Part shown: positions 25,297 to 36,704 of the stretch, piece after piece | Position numbering within the stretch: the first letter of the stretch is position 1 | How the letters are laid out: each line of letters starts with the position of its first letter | Assembly (NCBI GenBank): GCA_963706025.1 | Contig: CAVPLM010000005.1 | Coordinates: forward strand, 1 to 64,000 | DNA: 64,000 nucleotides | Source of the DNA: an uncultured Actinomycetes bacterium | Lineage (GTDB): Bacteria; Actinomycetota; Thermoleophilia; RBG-16-64-13 | Reading direction: 5' to 3' | The notes under the pieces: generated by a model | Database searches by the model: none | The model's input: the letters and a program-made list of their open reading frames with translations, nothing else | What the model was told of the DNA's origin: nothing | Made by a program: the position numbers and the translations under genes

Positions 25297-26759
25297 TGGC
25301 TCGGCGCGACGGACAAGCCGGAGTCGGGTCCATCTGGAGTTGCGGACCTTCGCGACCGACCTGGTGCTTCCTCCGGGCACGGATATCCTGCGGACCCGCG
25401 AACCGGACCGCCCTCCCCGACGTACAGGCGGCGATAGCCGAGGCGCTGGCGAACCCGATCGGCAGCGCGCCGTTCGCCGAAATATGCCGGGAAAAAGCCG
25501 CCGGGGCGGCCTCGGCGGTCGTGACGGCCTCGGCGGTCGTGACGGCCTCGGCGGCGCGACGGCTGCCGGAGCCGTCGGTGGTCGTGGTGGTGTCGGACAA
25601 TACCCGGCCGGTGCCCTACCGGGGTGACGGCGGCATCCTGTGGCCTCTGGTGGACTTCCTCCTGACCGCAGGGTTCTCCCCAGATTCGGTCACCCTCCTG
25701 GTGGCGACCGGGACTCACCGGGTCCTTTCGGATGAGGAGATGTGGGCCCTGTTCGATGAGCGAGTGCGCCGAGCAGGTGTCCGCGTCCGCTGTCACGACT
25801 CGGCCGACCGGGAAACGCTGACCCACGTCGGCCGGTCGACTCGCGGGGTCGAGGTCTTCATGAACCGCGAGTACGTGCAGGCCGACTTCCGGATACTCAC
25901 GGGTCTGGTCGAACCTCACTTGATGGCCGGCGTTTCTGGAGGGAGGAAGAGCATCTGCCCCGGACTGCTCAACGTGGAGAGCGTGCAGGAGTTCCACGGA
26001 CCCGTGACCCTGGCCGACGAAAGGGCCACCGACTTGGTGCTGGACGGCAATCCCTGTCACCAGGTCGCCTTGGAGATCGCCCGCATGGCGAGACCGGATT
26101 TCATCCTCAACGTGACCATGCGCCAGGATGGCAGGGTCGCCGGGGTCTTCGCCGGGGACATGGAACAGGCCCATCTGGCTGCCGTCGAGCACGTGCGGAG
26201 CTTCTCTCAGATCCCTCTGGAACGGGAATACGACGTCGTCGTCACTCACGGGGGACTCGTGGGGATCAACCACTATCAGGCGGAGAAAGCGGGGGAGGTG
26301 GCCGCGAAAGCGGTGAGGGACGGGGGTTATCTGGTGGTGGTCGCCGATACCACCGACGTCGACCCTCTGGGCACCGAGTCCTACCGCCGGATGCTCAGGC
26401 TTCTCGCCGAGATCGGCCCGGAGGCCTTCGTTCGGGCGATCCAAGCGAAGGACTGGGAGTTCGTCCACGACCAGTGGGGGGTGCAGGTGTGGGCCAAGGC
26501 GTTCGGCAAGGTCCCCCGGGAGCACATCTTCTACTTCAGTCCCCAGACCCGGATGGAAGACTACGAGATCCTGCCCTGCGTCCGCCCCGAACCGTTGCTT
26601 GTCGGCGCCCAAGGACGCGGCGCCGGGGATCTGGTGACTGACTTCGTCACCGCGGCGGTCGCTCGAGCCTGCGAGGAAGCGGAGGCGACGCTGGGGCGCA
26701 AACCGGCCGTGGCCTATCTAGCCGACGGTCCGCACGGGATACCCGTCAGCGGTACTTGA
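25293..26759 (+). CDS. LarA-family nickel-pincer racemase/epimerase (5' end uncertain, likely frameshift near 25408)
   Basis: SDNTRP, ATGTHR, EPHLMAGVSGGRKSICPG and EFH motifs. Confidence 0.85.
   Translation: MMARRDGQAGVGSIWSCGPSRPTWCFLRARISCGPANRTALPDVQAAIAEALANPIGSAPFAEICREKAAGAASAVVTASAVVTASAARRLPEPSVVVVVSDNTRPVPYRGDGGILWPLVDFLLTAGFSPDSVTLLVATGTHRVLSDEEMWALFDERVRRAGVRVRCHDSADRETLTHVGRSTRGVEVFMNREYVQADFRILTGLVEPHLMAGVSGGRKSICPGLLNVESVQEFHGPVTLADERATDLVLDGNPCHQVALEIARMARPDFILNVTMRQDGRVAGVFAGDMEQAHLAAVEHVRSFSQIPLEREYDVVVTHGGLVGINHYQAEKAGEVAAKAVRDGGYLVVVADTTDVDPLGTESYRRMLRLLAEIGPEAFVRAIQAKDWEFVHDQWGVQVWAKAFGKVPREHIFYFSPQTRMEDYEILPCVRPEPLLVGAQGRGAGDLVTDFVTAAVARACEEAEATLGRKPAVAYLADGPHGIPVSGT
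25507..25554 (+). repeat. 18-bp coding tandem repeat (about 2.7 copies, ASAVVT)
   Basis: CGGCCTCGGCGGTCGTGA repeated. Confidence 0.8.
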
Positions 26760-28092
26760 CCAGGGTCGCGTAGGGGTTGATCGCGGCCCCGCCCCCCGGC
26801 CGGATCTCGAAGTGCAGGTGGACGGCGCCGCCGCTCGCGTTCCCGGTGTTGCCCGCGTAGCCGATCACCTGTCCCATCTTCACCCGGACTCCCGCCTTGA
26901 TGCCGCTCTCGATCGACGAGAGATGGGCGTAGTAGTAGACGTTACCGTCGTCGCCCGTGAGGTAGATGGTTATCCCTCCGAGCCCCGAGTCGGTGGGGGT
27001 GGTCTTGCGTATGGCCCCGTTCACCACTGCGACCAGCGGCGTGTTCCTGGCGGTCATGATGTCGGTGCCCTTGTGGGTCCGGCCGCCGGAGCGGCGCGCT
27101 CCCCAGGTATCCACGAAACTGTTCGGTCCCTGGACCGGGAACACCCAACCGGCGCTGGTGTCGATCGCCGGGGGCTTCGTGGTATTGGTAGTCTTGGGCT
27201 TCGTGGTATTGGTGGTCTTGGGCTTCGTGGTGTTGGTGGTCTTGGCTTTCGTGGTGGCCGTGGTGCCGTTGTCCTTGGCGGCCGCCTCGGCCGCCGCTTT
27301 GGCGGCTGCTGCCTCGGCCGCTGCCTTGGCGGCCGCTATCCGGCGGGCCTCCTCTTCCTGGCGCCGGCGTTCTTCTTCCTCAAGCGCCGCGACGCGCGCG
27401 CGGAGCCGGTTGTAGTTGTCCTTCGAGCCCTCCAAGGCCTGGAGCGTCTCTTCCCTGGCCGCCTCGTACTCCGCGGTCTCCTGCTGCTCAGCTGTCTTCT
27501 GGTCCTCCAACTCGGCCGTCAGCCGATCCAGCTTTCCGATCCGATCCTCCACCGCCGCCACCAGTTCGGCGTCGCTCTCGGCGGCGTAGTTGACCAGGGC
27601 CAGCCGCTCCAGAACGGCGGTCAGAGACATGTCTTCGCCGGAGAAGACCGCCTCCAAAGCGTTGAGACCCTCAGAGCCGCGATTCTTGTATATCTCCGCC
27701 AGCCGCCCGGCCAGCTGCTCCTGGCTTCGGGCCAGATCGGCCTTGGCCTTCTCGGTCTTCGCCTGGACCTCCTCGATGCGGATGCGCGTTTCCTCCAAGC
27801 GAGTCTCGGCATCCGCCTGCTTCTGAGCCAGTTTATCCAGGCGAGCCTGCTCCGCCTTCAACTCCGCCTTTGCCTCCTTGAGGGCGGCTCGAGCCGACTC
27901 GAGGCTGGAAGCGGCCAGGACAGGCTCCGGGCCCAGTTGGGGGGAGGGGAGGAGTGCGGCGATGAGGTTGCCGAGAAGGGCGGCGACCATCACCCAGGTG
28001 GCCAGATGCGCTGCTCGTGACCTCAGGGCGCCAGATCGTCCATGCGCTCGGAACAGACCCGCGGCGCCCTTCCGTTTTCCGTCAGGCGACAT
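26746..28092 (-). CDS. Coiled-coil M23 peptidase (murein hydrolase)
   Basis: TM segment, long coiled coil, TTKPKTTN repeats, HKGTD, YAH and HLHFE motifs. Confidence 0.9.
   Translation of the reverse strand: MSPDGKRKGAAGLFRAHGRSGALRSRAAHLATWVMVAALLGNLIAALLPSPQLGPEPVLAASSLESARAALKEAKAELKAEQARLDKLAQKQADAETRLEETRIRIEEVQAKTEKAKADLARSQEQLAGRLAEIYKNRGSEGLNALEAVFSGEDMSLTAVLERLALVNYAAESDAELVAAVEDRIGKLDRLTAELEDQKTAEQQETAEYEAAREETLQALEGSKDNYNRLRARVAALEEEERRRQEEEARRIAAAKAAAEAAAAKAAAEAAAKDNGTTATTKAKTTNTTKPKTTNTTKPKTTNTTKPPAIDTSAGWVFPVQGPNSFVDTWGARRSGGRTHKGTDIMTARNTPLVAVVNGAIRKTTPTDSGLGGITIYLTGDDGNVYYYAHLSSIESGIKAGVRVKMGQVIGYAGNTGNASGGAVHLHFEIRPGGGAAINPYATLVKYR
27173..27250 (-). repeat. 24-bp coding tandem repeat (KTTNTTKP x3)
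   Basis: Visible in both DNA and protein. Confidence 0.8.
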
Positions 28093-28189
28093 GGGAGGCA
28101 GTGTACCAAGGTGAGGGCGGAGTTACCACTCGCGGACGGGCGTTGCGGTATCCTGGATGCCCGTAGTTCTTGCCTGGGAAGGAGGAAGA

Positions 28190-28681
28190 ATGCCGTCTTT
28201 CGATGTCGTCAGCCGCGTGGATATGCAGGAGATGGACAATGCGGTCAACCAGGTAAAGAAGGAGATCGGCACCCGTTTCGACTTCCGCGGCTCGAAGACT
28301 CAAATAGGTCTCGATCGCAAAGAGGGCAAGATCCAGGTCCTGACCGAAGACGAGATGAAACTCCGGGCTATCAAGGACATGCTGATCGCCAAGGCAGTGC
28401 GTCGTTCCATCGACGCGGAAGCGCTGGTGTTCGGGGCACCGGAGAAGGCGGGCGGGGATATGGTCCGCCAGAGCGTCTCGGTGACCAACGGCATCGACGT
28501 GGAGACCGCGCGGCAAGTCGTCAAGCTGGTCAAAGACACCAAGCTCAAGGTGCAGGTGGCCATCCAGGGTGACGAGGTCCGGATCACCGGCAAGAAACGA
28601 GATGATCTCCAGGAAGTCATCGCCGCGCTGAAAGAGACCGACCTGGGCCTGCCCCTCCAATTCGTGAACTACCGCGAGTGA
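28190..28681 (+). CDS. yajQ: YajQ family nucleotide/c-di-GMP-binding protein
   Basis: MPSFDVVS..TRFDFRGS..GKKRDDLQ..QFVNYR. Confidence 0.95.
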   Translation: MPSFDVVSRVDMQEMDNAVNQVKKEIGTRFDFRGSKTQIGLDRKEGKIQVLTEDEMKLRAIKDMLIAKAVRRSIDAEALVFGAPEKAGGDMVRQSVSVTNGIDVETARQVVKLVKDTKLKVQVAIQGDEVRITGKKRDDLQEVIAALKETDLGLPLQFVNYRE

Positions 28682-29841
28682 TGGAGATGGGCGCGAAGCC
28701 GCCCGTTCCCGTGGAGGCGGTCCAGCAAGAGAACCTGGTGGGCGCGGTCCAGACCGTCCTGGGTCCCGTCGATCCCGATTCGTTGGGTGTCGTCCTCCCG
28801 CACGAGCACCTTCTTTGTGACCTCTCGGCCTATTTCCTGGAACCGTCCGAGCCCGGGAAGAAGGCGGCGGCGTACGAGCCGGTGTCGCTCAGCAACCTGT
28901 TCCGGGTCCGGCGGGACTACTTCGAGAACAAGGACAATCTGGATATGGGCGATGTGGTCCTGGCCATCGAGGAAGCCTGTGCGTTCAAGCGGGCTGGAGG
29001 CGGGACCATCGTCGAACTGAGCAACGTAGGACTGGGTCGGGACCCCGCGGGATTGGTGCAGATAGCGCTGGCCACCGGCCTGAACCTCGTCATGGGATGC
29101 GGCTACTACATCGGTGTCTCTCATCCGGCGGACGTGGCGCGCAAGACCGTGCGGCAGATCGCGGAGGAGATGATCCGCGACGTCTTGGTGGGCGTGGCCG
29201 ACACCGGCATACGCTCCGGGATCATCGGAGAGATCGGGTGCTCCGATCCGCTCGAGGCCGGCGAGAGAAAGGTGCTGGAGGCGGCGGCCCTGGCCCAGCG
29301 ATGCACCGGGGCGGCGCTCAACGTCCATCCCAGTCCCTTCAACGACGGGTTGGCCTTGGAGATAGTCGGCATCCTGGGCGAAGCAGGCGCCGACCTGGAT
29401 CGAGTGGTCTTCAGCCACTGTGATCAATGGTGCTACAGCCTGGAGACGCGGCGCAGGATCGCCGATGCCGGCTGCTACATAGAGCACGACACCCTGGGCT
29501 TCCAGGCGGACATGGAGTTCTCCTTCGGGAAATGGCGGGACCTGCCCAGCGACGCCCAGCGACTCAACGACATCAAACGACTCATCGACGACGGCTATCT
29601 CGGTCGCCTTCTGATCTCCCACGACAACTGCACCAAGCACCGGCTACGGTCGTTCGGGGGTTGGGGGTACGCCCACATACTCGAGAACCTGCTGCCTGTC
29701 ATGTACTCGAAGGGGTTCACCGAGGAGCACGTGCACACCCTGACGATCGAGAATCCGAGAGACGTGCTCACGTTCGTCCCTGCCAAAGAGCGGCCGCGCG
29801 ACCAGGCCGGCGCCGTGCGAGAAGACGGGTCCGACGCTTGA
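28681..29841 (+). CDS. Phosphotriesterase-related amidohydrolase
   Basis: QTVLGP, HEH, GIIGEIG, VHP, SHCD and SHD metal ligands. Confidence 0.9.
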   Translation: MEMGAKPPVPVEAVQQENLVGAVQTVLGPVDPDSLGVVLPHEHLLCDLSAYFLEPSEPGKKAAAYEPVSLSNLFRVRRDYFENKDNLDMGDVVLAIEEACAFKRAGGGTIVELSNVGLGRDPAGLVQIALATGLNLVMGCGYYIGVSHPADVARKTVRQIAEEMIRDVLVGVADTGIRSGIIGEIGCSDPLEAGERKVLEAAALAQRCTGAALNVHPSPFNDGLALEIVGILGEAGADLDRVVFSHCDQWCYSLETRRRIADAGCYIEHDTLGFQADMEFSFGKWRDLPSDAQRLNDIKRLIDDGYLGRLLISHDNCTKHRLRSFGGWGYAHILENLLPVMYSKGFTEEHVHTLTIENPRDVLTFVPAKERPRDQAGAVREDGSDA

Positions 29842-30323
29842 CGGCACTCGAAAGCACCCACCCGGGGCTGGTGCAGACGGTGCTCGGGCCGGTCGAGGCC
29901 GATGCCCTCGGGATCACCTCGACTCACGAGCATGTCCTGTTCGACATGTCCGTCTGGAGCGTGAGTCCGTCCGAGGGGTCCGAGCGAAGCTTGTTCGAGG
30001 CCCCCGTGACCTGGGAGAACCTCCATCTGATCCGCGCCGGTCATCTGGGCTATCCCCACATGGAGCAAGGCAGGCTCCTGAACCTGACAGGAGACCTCGA
30101 GCGCGTAGAGCTGATCATGGGACTGATCGAAGCCGGATACATGGATCAGATACTCATCGGGCAAGACGTGTGCTTCAAAGACTGCCTCACGGTGTTTGGA
30201 GGCTTCGGATACGCTCACATCGTGAGGAACGTGGCGCGACTCATGAGAGCCAAAGGCCTTTCCGAGGCCCAGATAGACCGGATACTGGTGCAGAACCCCA
30301 GCCGGTTCCTCCGATTCCACTGA
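29838..30323 (+). pseudogene. Second PTE-like gene with a large in-frame internal deletion
   Basis: N-terminal VQTVLGP..THEH joined directly to C-terminal QILIGQDVC..GGFGYAHI..NP; only 161 aa. Confidence 0.75.
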
Positions 30324-30357
30324 ACCAAGCACAGTAAGCGGAGCAAAGGGTGCGAGC

Positions 30358-31062
30358 ATGGTAGACGTGATAATCACCGCCGAGGACCGACTGGAAGGGA
30401 TCTACGAGGAGCCGGAGGGGGTCGAGGCCTGGGGCGGGGTGGTCGTGGCCCATCCTCATCCCTTGCACGGGGCGACGATGGACCAGCCCGTCGTGTACCG
30501 TACCGCGCAGGCCTGCCGGAGACGTGGGTTGGCGACTCTGCGCTTCAACTTCCGCGGCGTTGGCGCGAGTGAAGGCACGTACAGCGGCTTCGACGAGTAC
30601 CGGGATGTGGAAGCGGCTGCAGCGTTCCTCAGAGGTCAGCTGGACGCCTTGGACGGCGAGCCGGGTCTCGGCCGTCAGAGCCGGCCCCTGGCCCTGGCCG
30701 GGTACTCCTTCGGGAGCATCATGGCGGCCATGGCTACCGCAGGACAGGTGCCGGTGAAGGCTCTGGCGCTGATCGCTTTCGTGGCGACCTGGGAGGACAT
30801 GCTCCCCGCCGTGCTTGACAAGCTGGCCATGTACTCCGGACCTGTGCTGGCTGTTTGCGGAGAGAACGATGAGATCGCTCCTCCCCAGGAAGTAGGGCGT
30901 GTGTTGACCGGACTGAAGCTAAACTTTAGCTTGAGTGTGGTGGAGGGAGCCGACCACTTTTTCGGGGGAGTACACCGCGAAGTAGGGGAGCGGGTCGCCG
31001 CTTTCTTGGACGACGTCATGGGTCACGACGGTGGACCGCGCCCCCTTGACAGGGAAGCATGA
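30358..31062 (+). CDS. Alpha/beta hydrolase
   Basis: HPHPLHG, RFNFRGVG, GYSFG nucleophile elbow, ADHFF. Confidence 0.9.
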   Translation: MVDVIITAEDRLEGIYEEPEGVEAWGGVVVAHPHPLHGATMDQPVVYRTAQACRRRGLATLRFNFRGVGASEGTYSGFDEYRDVEAAAAFLRGQLDALDGEPGLGRQSRPLALAGYSFGSIMAAMATAGQVPVKALALIAFVATWEDMLPAVLDKLAMYSGPVLAVCGENDEIAPPQEVGRVLTGLKLNFSLSVVEGADHFFGGVHREVGERVAAFLDDVMGHDGGPRPLDREA

Positions 31063-31162
31063 GCAACATGCTGATTGGATTCGCGGCCGCCGGGGTAGTT
31101 TCCCGGCAGACCGTAATGCAGCGAGACCCAGTTCGCGACAGACTAGTAAGGAGCGTCGATCT

Positions 31163-31735
31163 ATGGACATGAAAGGCTCGAAGACCGAACAGAACTTGAT
31201 GAAGGCTTTCGCCGGCGAGTCCCAAGCTCGCAACCGCTACTCCTTCTACGCCCAAGTAGCGGCGGACGAGGGCTACCAGCAGATCGCCAATCTCTTCCTG
31301 GAGACGGCCGACAACGAGCGGGCGCATGCCTTCGGCTTCTTCAGCCTGCTCGACGGGGGCATGCCCGAGTTCACGGCGTCGTATCCCGCGGGCCCGGTCC
31401 ACACGACGGCCGAGAACCTGCTTGCCGCCGCCGAGGGAGAACTGGCCGAGTGGGGCACTCTCTATCCCGATTTCGCTCAGGTGGCTGAAGACGAAGGTTT
31501 CAAGAAGGCGGCAGCCACCTTCCGGAAGATCGCGGGGGTGGAGAAATACCACGAGCGTCGCTATCGCAAACTCCTTGCCAACGTGGAGGCCGGCAGGGTC
31601 TTCCGCAAGGACGGACCGACTCTGTGGAAGTGCCAGGAGTGCGGGCTCGTCCACGAGGGCGACGAAGCCCCGAAGGTATGTCCGGTATGCAACAAACCCC
31701 AAGCCTACTTCGAGGTCTACTGCGAGGCGTACTGA
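31163..31735 (+). CDS. rbr: Rubrerythrin
   Basis: AFAGESQARNRY, ExxH motifs, C-terminal CQECG...CPVC. Confidence 0.95.
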   Translation: MDMKGSKTEQNLMKAFAGESQARNRYSFYAQVAADEGYQQIANLFLETADNERAHAFGFFSLLDGGMPEFTASYPAGPVHTTAENLLAAAEGELAEWGTLYPDFAQVAEDEGFKKAAATFRKIAGVEKYHERRYRKLLANVEAGRVFRKDGPTLWKCQECGLVHEGDEAPKVCPVCNKPQAYFEVYCEAY

Positions 31736-31755
31736 TCTCCCGGCAAGGGGTATCC

Positions 31756-31791
31756 CGGGGGCTCGGAGCGGGATACCGCTCCGAGCCCCCG
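31756..31791 (+). terminator. 16-bp stem-loop after rbr
   Basis: CGGGGGCTCGGAGCGG-gata-CCGCTCCGAGCCCCCG. Confidence 0.6.
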
Positions 31792-31899
31792 TCCATTCCG
31801 GCCCGGCATGACCGCTCGGCGGTCTCGCGCGGGCGCTGCCGGCCAGGCTTAGTCCTAGGTCGTAGCCGTGCCCGGCCGCTCGGGCGGTAGTCTGCGGGC

Positions 31900-32585
31900 A
31901 TGTCGGCCATCCCCACAAAACGACTCTTCGTCTACGTGATCGTCGGGATCGTGGTGCTCGTCGTCGGAACGCTCGGCGTGCTCTCGATGCGCGATGGCGC
32001 GATGCACGGCGAGACGGGGCGCGGCGAAGTGCTGGGCGCCACTGGTATCAGCATAAGCGACGGCGAGACCGCGCTTGGCGTCCTCGGGACGGAAAGCTCG
32101 GCGCCTACCTCCTCGACGACTACCACGACGGCGCAGCTGATCTACGTGCAGGTGGCCGGCGCCGTGCGCCGCCCAGGGGTATATCGGTTGTCGCCGGATG
32201 CCCGCGTGTTCCAGGCCGTGACAGAGGCCGGCGGCTTCACCGACGAGGCCGACCAGCAGGGCTTACTCTCGCCGCCCGACTTACCGATGGCTGCAGGGTG
32301 TACGTCCCTCGCGTCGGGGAGACTGTCGCGGAACCGCTCGCACCGCCGTCTCAGGAGGTCGGGGGCGGGGACAGCGGTAACGGCGGGGACGCGGGGGTCG
32401 TCTCGCTCAACGCCGCGACTCTCGAACAACTGGACTCCCTGCCAGGAATCGGCCCCACCATCGCACAGGACATCATCACGTATCGTGAGGCCAACGGCCC
32501 GTTCACTTCCATAGACCAACTGGCCGAGGTGTCCGGCATCGGTCCTGCGAAGTTGGAGCGGATTCGTCCACTGATAGGGCTCTGA
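31900..32585 (+). CDS. comEA: ComEA DNA receptor (frameshift near 32265)
   Basis: SLBB domain VAGAVRRPGVY and HhH LDSLPGIGP..GIGP. Confidence 0.9.
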
Positions 32586-32627
32586 GCGCGCCAGGCGGGC
32601 CGTGAGTTGGCTGTGAGCGGGCTCTGA

Positions 32628-35283
32628 GTGGTTCTTGACATGCCGGTCCCTTCCTGCGCCGATCCAACCGGCTGGTTCCTGCGCCGAGCAGGCCTGGCCC
32701 GGGTCACGACCTTCGCCTGCGCGCTGGGTCTGTCGGTCTCCGCCCTCGTCGGGGCTCGGCCTGCGGCCGCGGTCCTCGGTCTCACTCTCGCCCTGCTCTC
32801 TGCCGTCGGAGGTCTCATGTTCTCGCGCCGGCGGCGGGCGACCGGTAGTCGCCCCCCGCTTCCGGTGGTCGTCTCCGTGGTGCTGATCGGCCTCTTTGCC
32901 GGATACCTGGCGGGAAGCGTCAGGGTGGCAGCGCTGACCGACAGCCATCTGAAAGACCAGGTGGGGACATCCATCCGAGCGGAGCTGATCATCACCGGCC
33001 AGGTGCGCTCCAGCGCCGGCTGGCAGAGTGCCATAGCCTCTGTCCGAGAGACCAGCGGCGACTCTTCGAGTCCCGGGAATCCCGAGGGCGCCGCGGTCGT
33101 GCAGGTCTCTGCCCATGGCGAGAAGGTCCTACTCGAGCTCGCTCCGGCGGGGGGAGTGAGCGCTGTGTCTTTGAGCCAGGGGCAGATCGTGGTTTTCGAA
33201 GGGACCGTGCAGCTTCCGGAAGGGCCTTCTTCCTCGGGTTTCGACCAAGCGGCCTACCTGCGCAATCAGGGCGTGCAGATCGTCCTCAAAGCTGAAAGTG
33301 ATGGGATCACGGCCATCGGGCGCCGGGGTGGGGTCTCGGGTTGGTTCGATCGCCTACGTTCCTCCGCTCTGGCCCATCTGAGCCGGGGTCCCGATCGGCG
33401 GCTGGACGAGGTCCTGCAGGGGGTCGTGGTCGGCGAGACCGCCGGCATAGACAAGGCCTGGTCGGAGGCCTTCCGGCGTTCCGGGACGGCGCACATGCTT
33501 TCAGTGAGCGGTCTCCATGTGGCCAGCCTCGCCGCCATCATGATCGGCCTGGCCGGGCTGGCACGGGCTCCGAGGGGAGTGGGTTTCCTGCTCGCCGCGC
33601 TTGCTGCCCTTCTCCTGATCCCCTTTGTCGGAGCTTCCCCACCGGTGGTGCGCTCCGCGGTCATGATCGTGATCGTCCTCGCCGGTCGCTGGCTGGGGAG
33701 AGGTCGGGACCAGTGGCAGGTTCTGGCTCTGGCCGCAGTGGTAGTGCTCGCCCTCAATCCCTTTGCCTTGAGGGACGTGGGGTTTCAGCTCTCCTTCACT
33801 GCTTTCGCCGGCATGGTGGCCTTGGCCGGGCCACTGCAGAGGGCGCTCAGACGCCTGCCGGATTCCATCAGCTCCGGTCTGGCCGTCTCTGTCGCCGCCA
33901 CTCTCGGGACGGCTCCGGTCTCGCTTCTGGTCTTCGGGAGGACGTCACTGGTCGCTCCCCTGGCGAACCTGCTGGTGGTACCCATGTTGCCGGCCATCAC
34001 GGGCCTGGGCATGGCGAGCGTGTTACTGGGGTTCCTGTGGACCGGGTTCAGCACCGCGCTCGACTTCATGGCTGCCATCCCTGTGGCCTGGATAGTCCTG
34101 GCTTCGAGGCTGTTCGCGGTGGCTCCTGTCCTGGGTATCCAGGATCTGGGCAGGGCCCTGATGGCCATCGGAGGCGGCGTGGCGGTGCTACCGGTCGCAC
34201 TGGCGCTGACCGGGCGGGCGGTCACCACGCCCTTCGGCCTCGCGCTGCCTTTCTTTGCGCGCACCCTTCGCTGGTGCCGCGCTAGGCGACCGCGGGACCG
34301 CCGGTGGGCCGGGACCCTGGGAGTCGCCGTGGTCCTGGCGGCGATGCTGGTCAGCGGCGCTCTGTATCCCCAGCTCGTGCGCGGCCTCGAGACCGCGACC
34401 GCCTATGCCTCGGGAGAGCGGTGGCCCAACGGGACCGAAGTGCGGATCCTGGACGTCGGCCAGGGCAATGCCGTCCTGGTGCGCACGCCGGGACATCACG
34501 CCCTGCTTTTCGACGGAGGCCCCGCCGGTTGCGGCCTGGCTTCACAACTGCGCGGGCTTGGGGTGAGCAGGCTCGACCTGTTGGTCATCTCGCATCCTCA
34601 CGCCGACCACTTCGCGGGGCTGCTCGAAGCTGTCGACTCGCTGGAGGTCGACGCGCTCATCGACCCGACAATGGTGGTCGCGGCTCCGGCCTCGGCTCCT
34701 CTGAGGGGAGAGGGGGGAGCGAGGTCCGGATCACGGGAGGCGAGCACAATACCTGGAGCTCCGGAAGGCTCTGGCCGAGACCGGCTGCCGGTATGCCCGG
34801 GCCGTGACCGGGTCGGTGGTGGAGCTTGACGGCGTGGTGGTGCGGTTCTTCGCTCCGACGCGGCCTCTGACCATGGTCGACGGACCGGAGCCCTGGCCGT
34901 CGGGCCAGCCCACCGGTGACGAGCTGAACGGGAGCTCCCTGGTGGCGGTCGTCAGCATCGGGAACGTCGACGTGCTCATACCTGGAGACGCCGAGGCAGA
35001 CGTACTTCAGGCTTACAGCCTGCCCCCCGCCGAGGTCGCCCTTGTCCCGCACCATGGCAGCCTCGGCGCGGTCTCGACTCGGCTCTTGGACCGGCTGCAA
35101 ACGGAAGCCGCCTGCATCTCGGTGGGGGAGGAGAACTCCTTCGGCCACCCGGATCCCGCCAGCGTATCGCTCCTTCGACAAAGGGTCGCCCGCGTGCTGC
35201 GCACGGACCAATCCGGTTGGGTATCCTTTACCGTGGACGGTGACGATCTGGTGCTGGCGACGGAGAGGGGATACGGGCAGTGA
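32628..35283 (+). CDS. comEC: ComEC/Rec2 competence channel with MBL domain (frameshift near 34745)
   Basis: HMLSVSGLH, DVGFQLSF, DVGQG, SHPHADH, PHHGS and FGHP motifs. Confidence 0.92.
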
Positions 35284-36291
35284 ACGAGCAGGCCTACAAG
35301 CCCGACGACGGGTCCCAATCCGCCGCGAACCGTGCTCCGCTGAAGCCCGCCTACCTCATCTTGGGCGATGATCTGCCCAAGGTCGAATATGCCCTCAAAC
35401 GCCTCAAGTCCAGGATCGTGGAGCAGTCCGGCAGCGATCTCAACATCGATGAGTTCGATGCCGGGGAGCACGACGCTCTACAAGTCGTCAACGCCGCCAA
35501 CACCATGGCCTTTCTGGGCGGCACGAGGCTCGTGCTGGTGCAGAACGCGCAGGTGTGGCTCAAGGCCGACAAGTCCATCGTCGTCGGCTATCTGGAAGCC
35601 CCGGCGCCCGATGCCTGTCTCGCCCTGGTGGCGGAGAAGGTGCCCCCCGGGGACGTGTTGCGACTGGCCATGGAGAAGCACGGCGAGGTATTGGAGTTCC
35701 GAGCCCCGAGAGAGGGGGAGCTCCCCCAATGGTTGGTCCGCGAAGCAGGCCGGCGAGGGCTCAGACTGGGGCTCAACGAGGCCCGCTTCATGGTGCGACG
35801 CTGCGGGGACGATCAGAGCATCCTGCTGCGGGACCTGGAGAAGCTGCAGATCTACGCCGCCGGTCAGCCGGTCAGCGTCGACGACATCCGTCTGCTCACG
35901 ACGGCCACGATCGAAGCCAGTGTCTTCGACCTGCTCGATTCCCTTGCCCTGGGTCGGGGAGGGGCGGTCTTCTCGGCCGCCGACGACCTTCTCGCCTCGG
36001 GAGAGCGGGTCGAGGTGCTCTTCTACCGAATCCTGCAGGCACTTTCAGAACCTCAGCCGGGTGGCGGCCTTCCGGGAGGAGGGCATGAGCCGGGAGGCCA
36101 TTCAGGCCGAGCTCAAGATGAAGGCCTTCCCCACGGGCAAGTTGGTGGAGCAAGCGGCCCTGCTGGGTGCAGACGGGATCGCCCGGAGACTCGCCATCTT
36201 GGCCGACACGGATGCCCGCATGAAGGGGTCAGGCACTTTGCCGGCGGAGATGGAGCTGCAGCTATGTCTCGGCCGGATGTTGGCCGCCTGA
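35280..36291 (+). CDS. holA: DNA polymerase III delta subunit (frameshift near 36036)
   Basis: PAYLILGDD, ANTMAFLG..RLVLV and DLEKL; conserved comEC-holA-rpsT order. Confidence 0.9.
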
Positions 36292-36386
36292 GTGCGGGCT
36301 GAGGGCGACCTGGGCGCGACCTGGCTGCAGCTTGAGTGCGGCCTGGGTGCCGCCTGGGTGGGGAGACCTCGGTGGTGCTTAGAGGT

Positions 36387-36647
36387 CTAGAGCTGCGAGA
36401 GGAGACGCGCCACCCTCGACTTCTTGCGCGCCGCGTTGTTGCTGTGAATAGCATTGCGGGCTGCAGCTTTGTCGATGGTGGAGGTCAGCTTCTTGGCCGT
36501 TTCAGCAGCGGTGTCGGCGTCGCCGGCGGTGACGGAATCACTGAGGCGCCGGAAGTGAGTCTTGATGGACGACTTGTAGCGCAGGTTCTCCAGCCGTTGC
36601 CGCTGGGCGATACGCACCCGCTTGCGCTGCTGCTTGGTGTTAGCCAA
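36387..36647 (-). CDS. rpsT: 30S ribosomal protein S20
   Basis: MANTKQQRKR..IDKAA..IH.N.AARKKSR. Confidence 0.97.
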   Translation of the reverse strand: MANTKQQRKRVRIAQRQRLENLRYKSSIKTHFRRLSDSVTAGDADTAAETAKKLTSTIDKAAARNAIHSNNAARKKSRVARLLSQL

Positions 36648-36704
36648 TCTTCATTCCTCCCGTCTTCCCTTCAAAGTCGCAGGAGTTTAGCATAGCCCTT
36701 GCTC

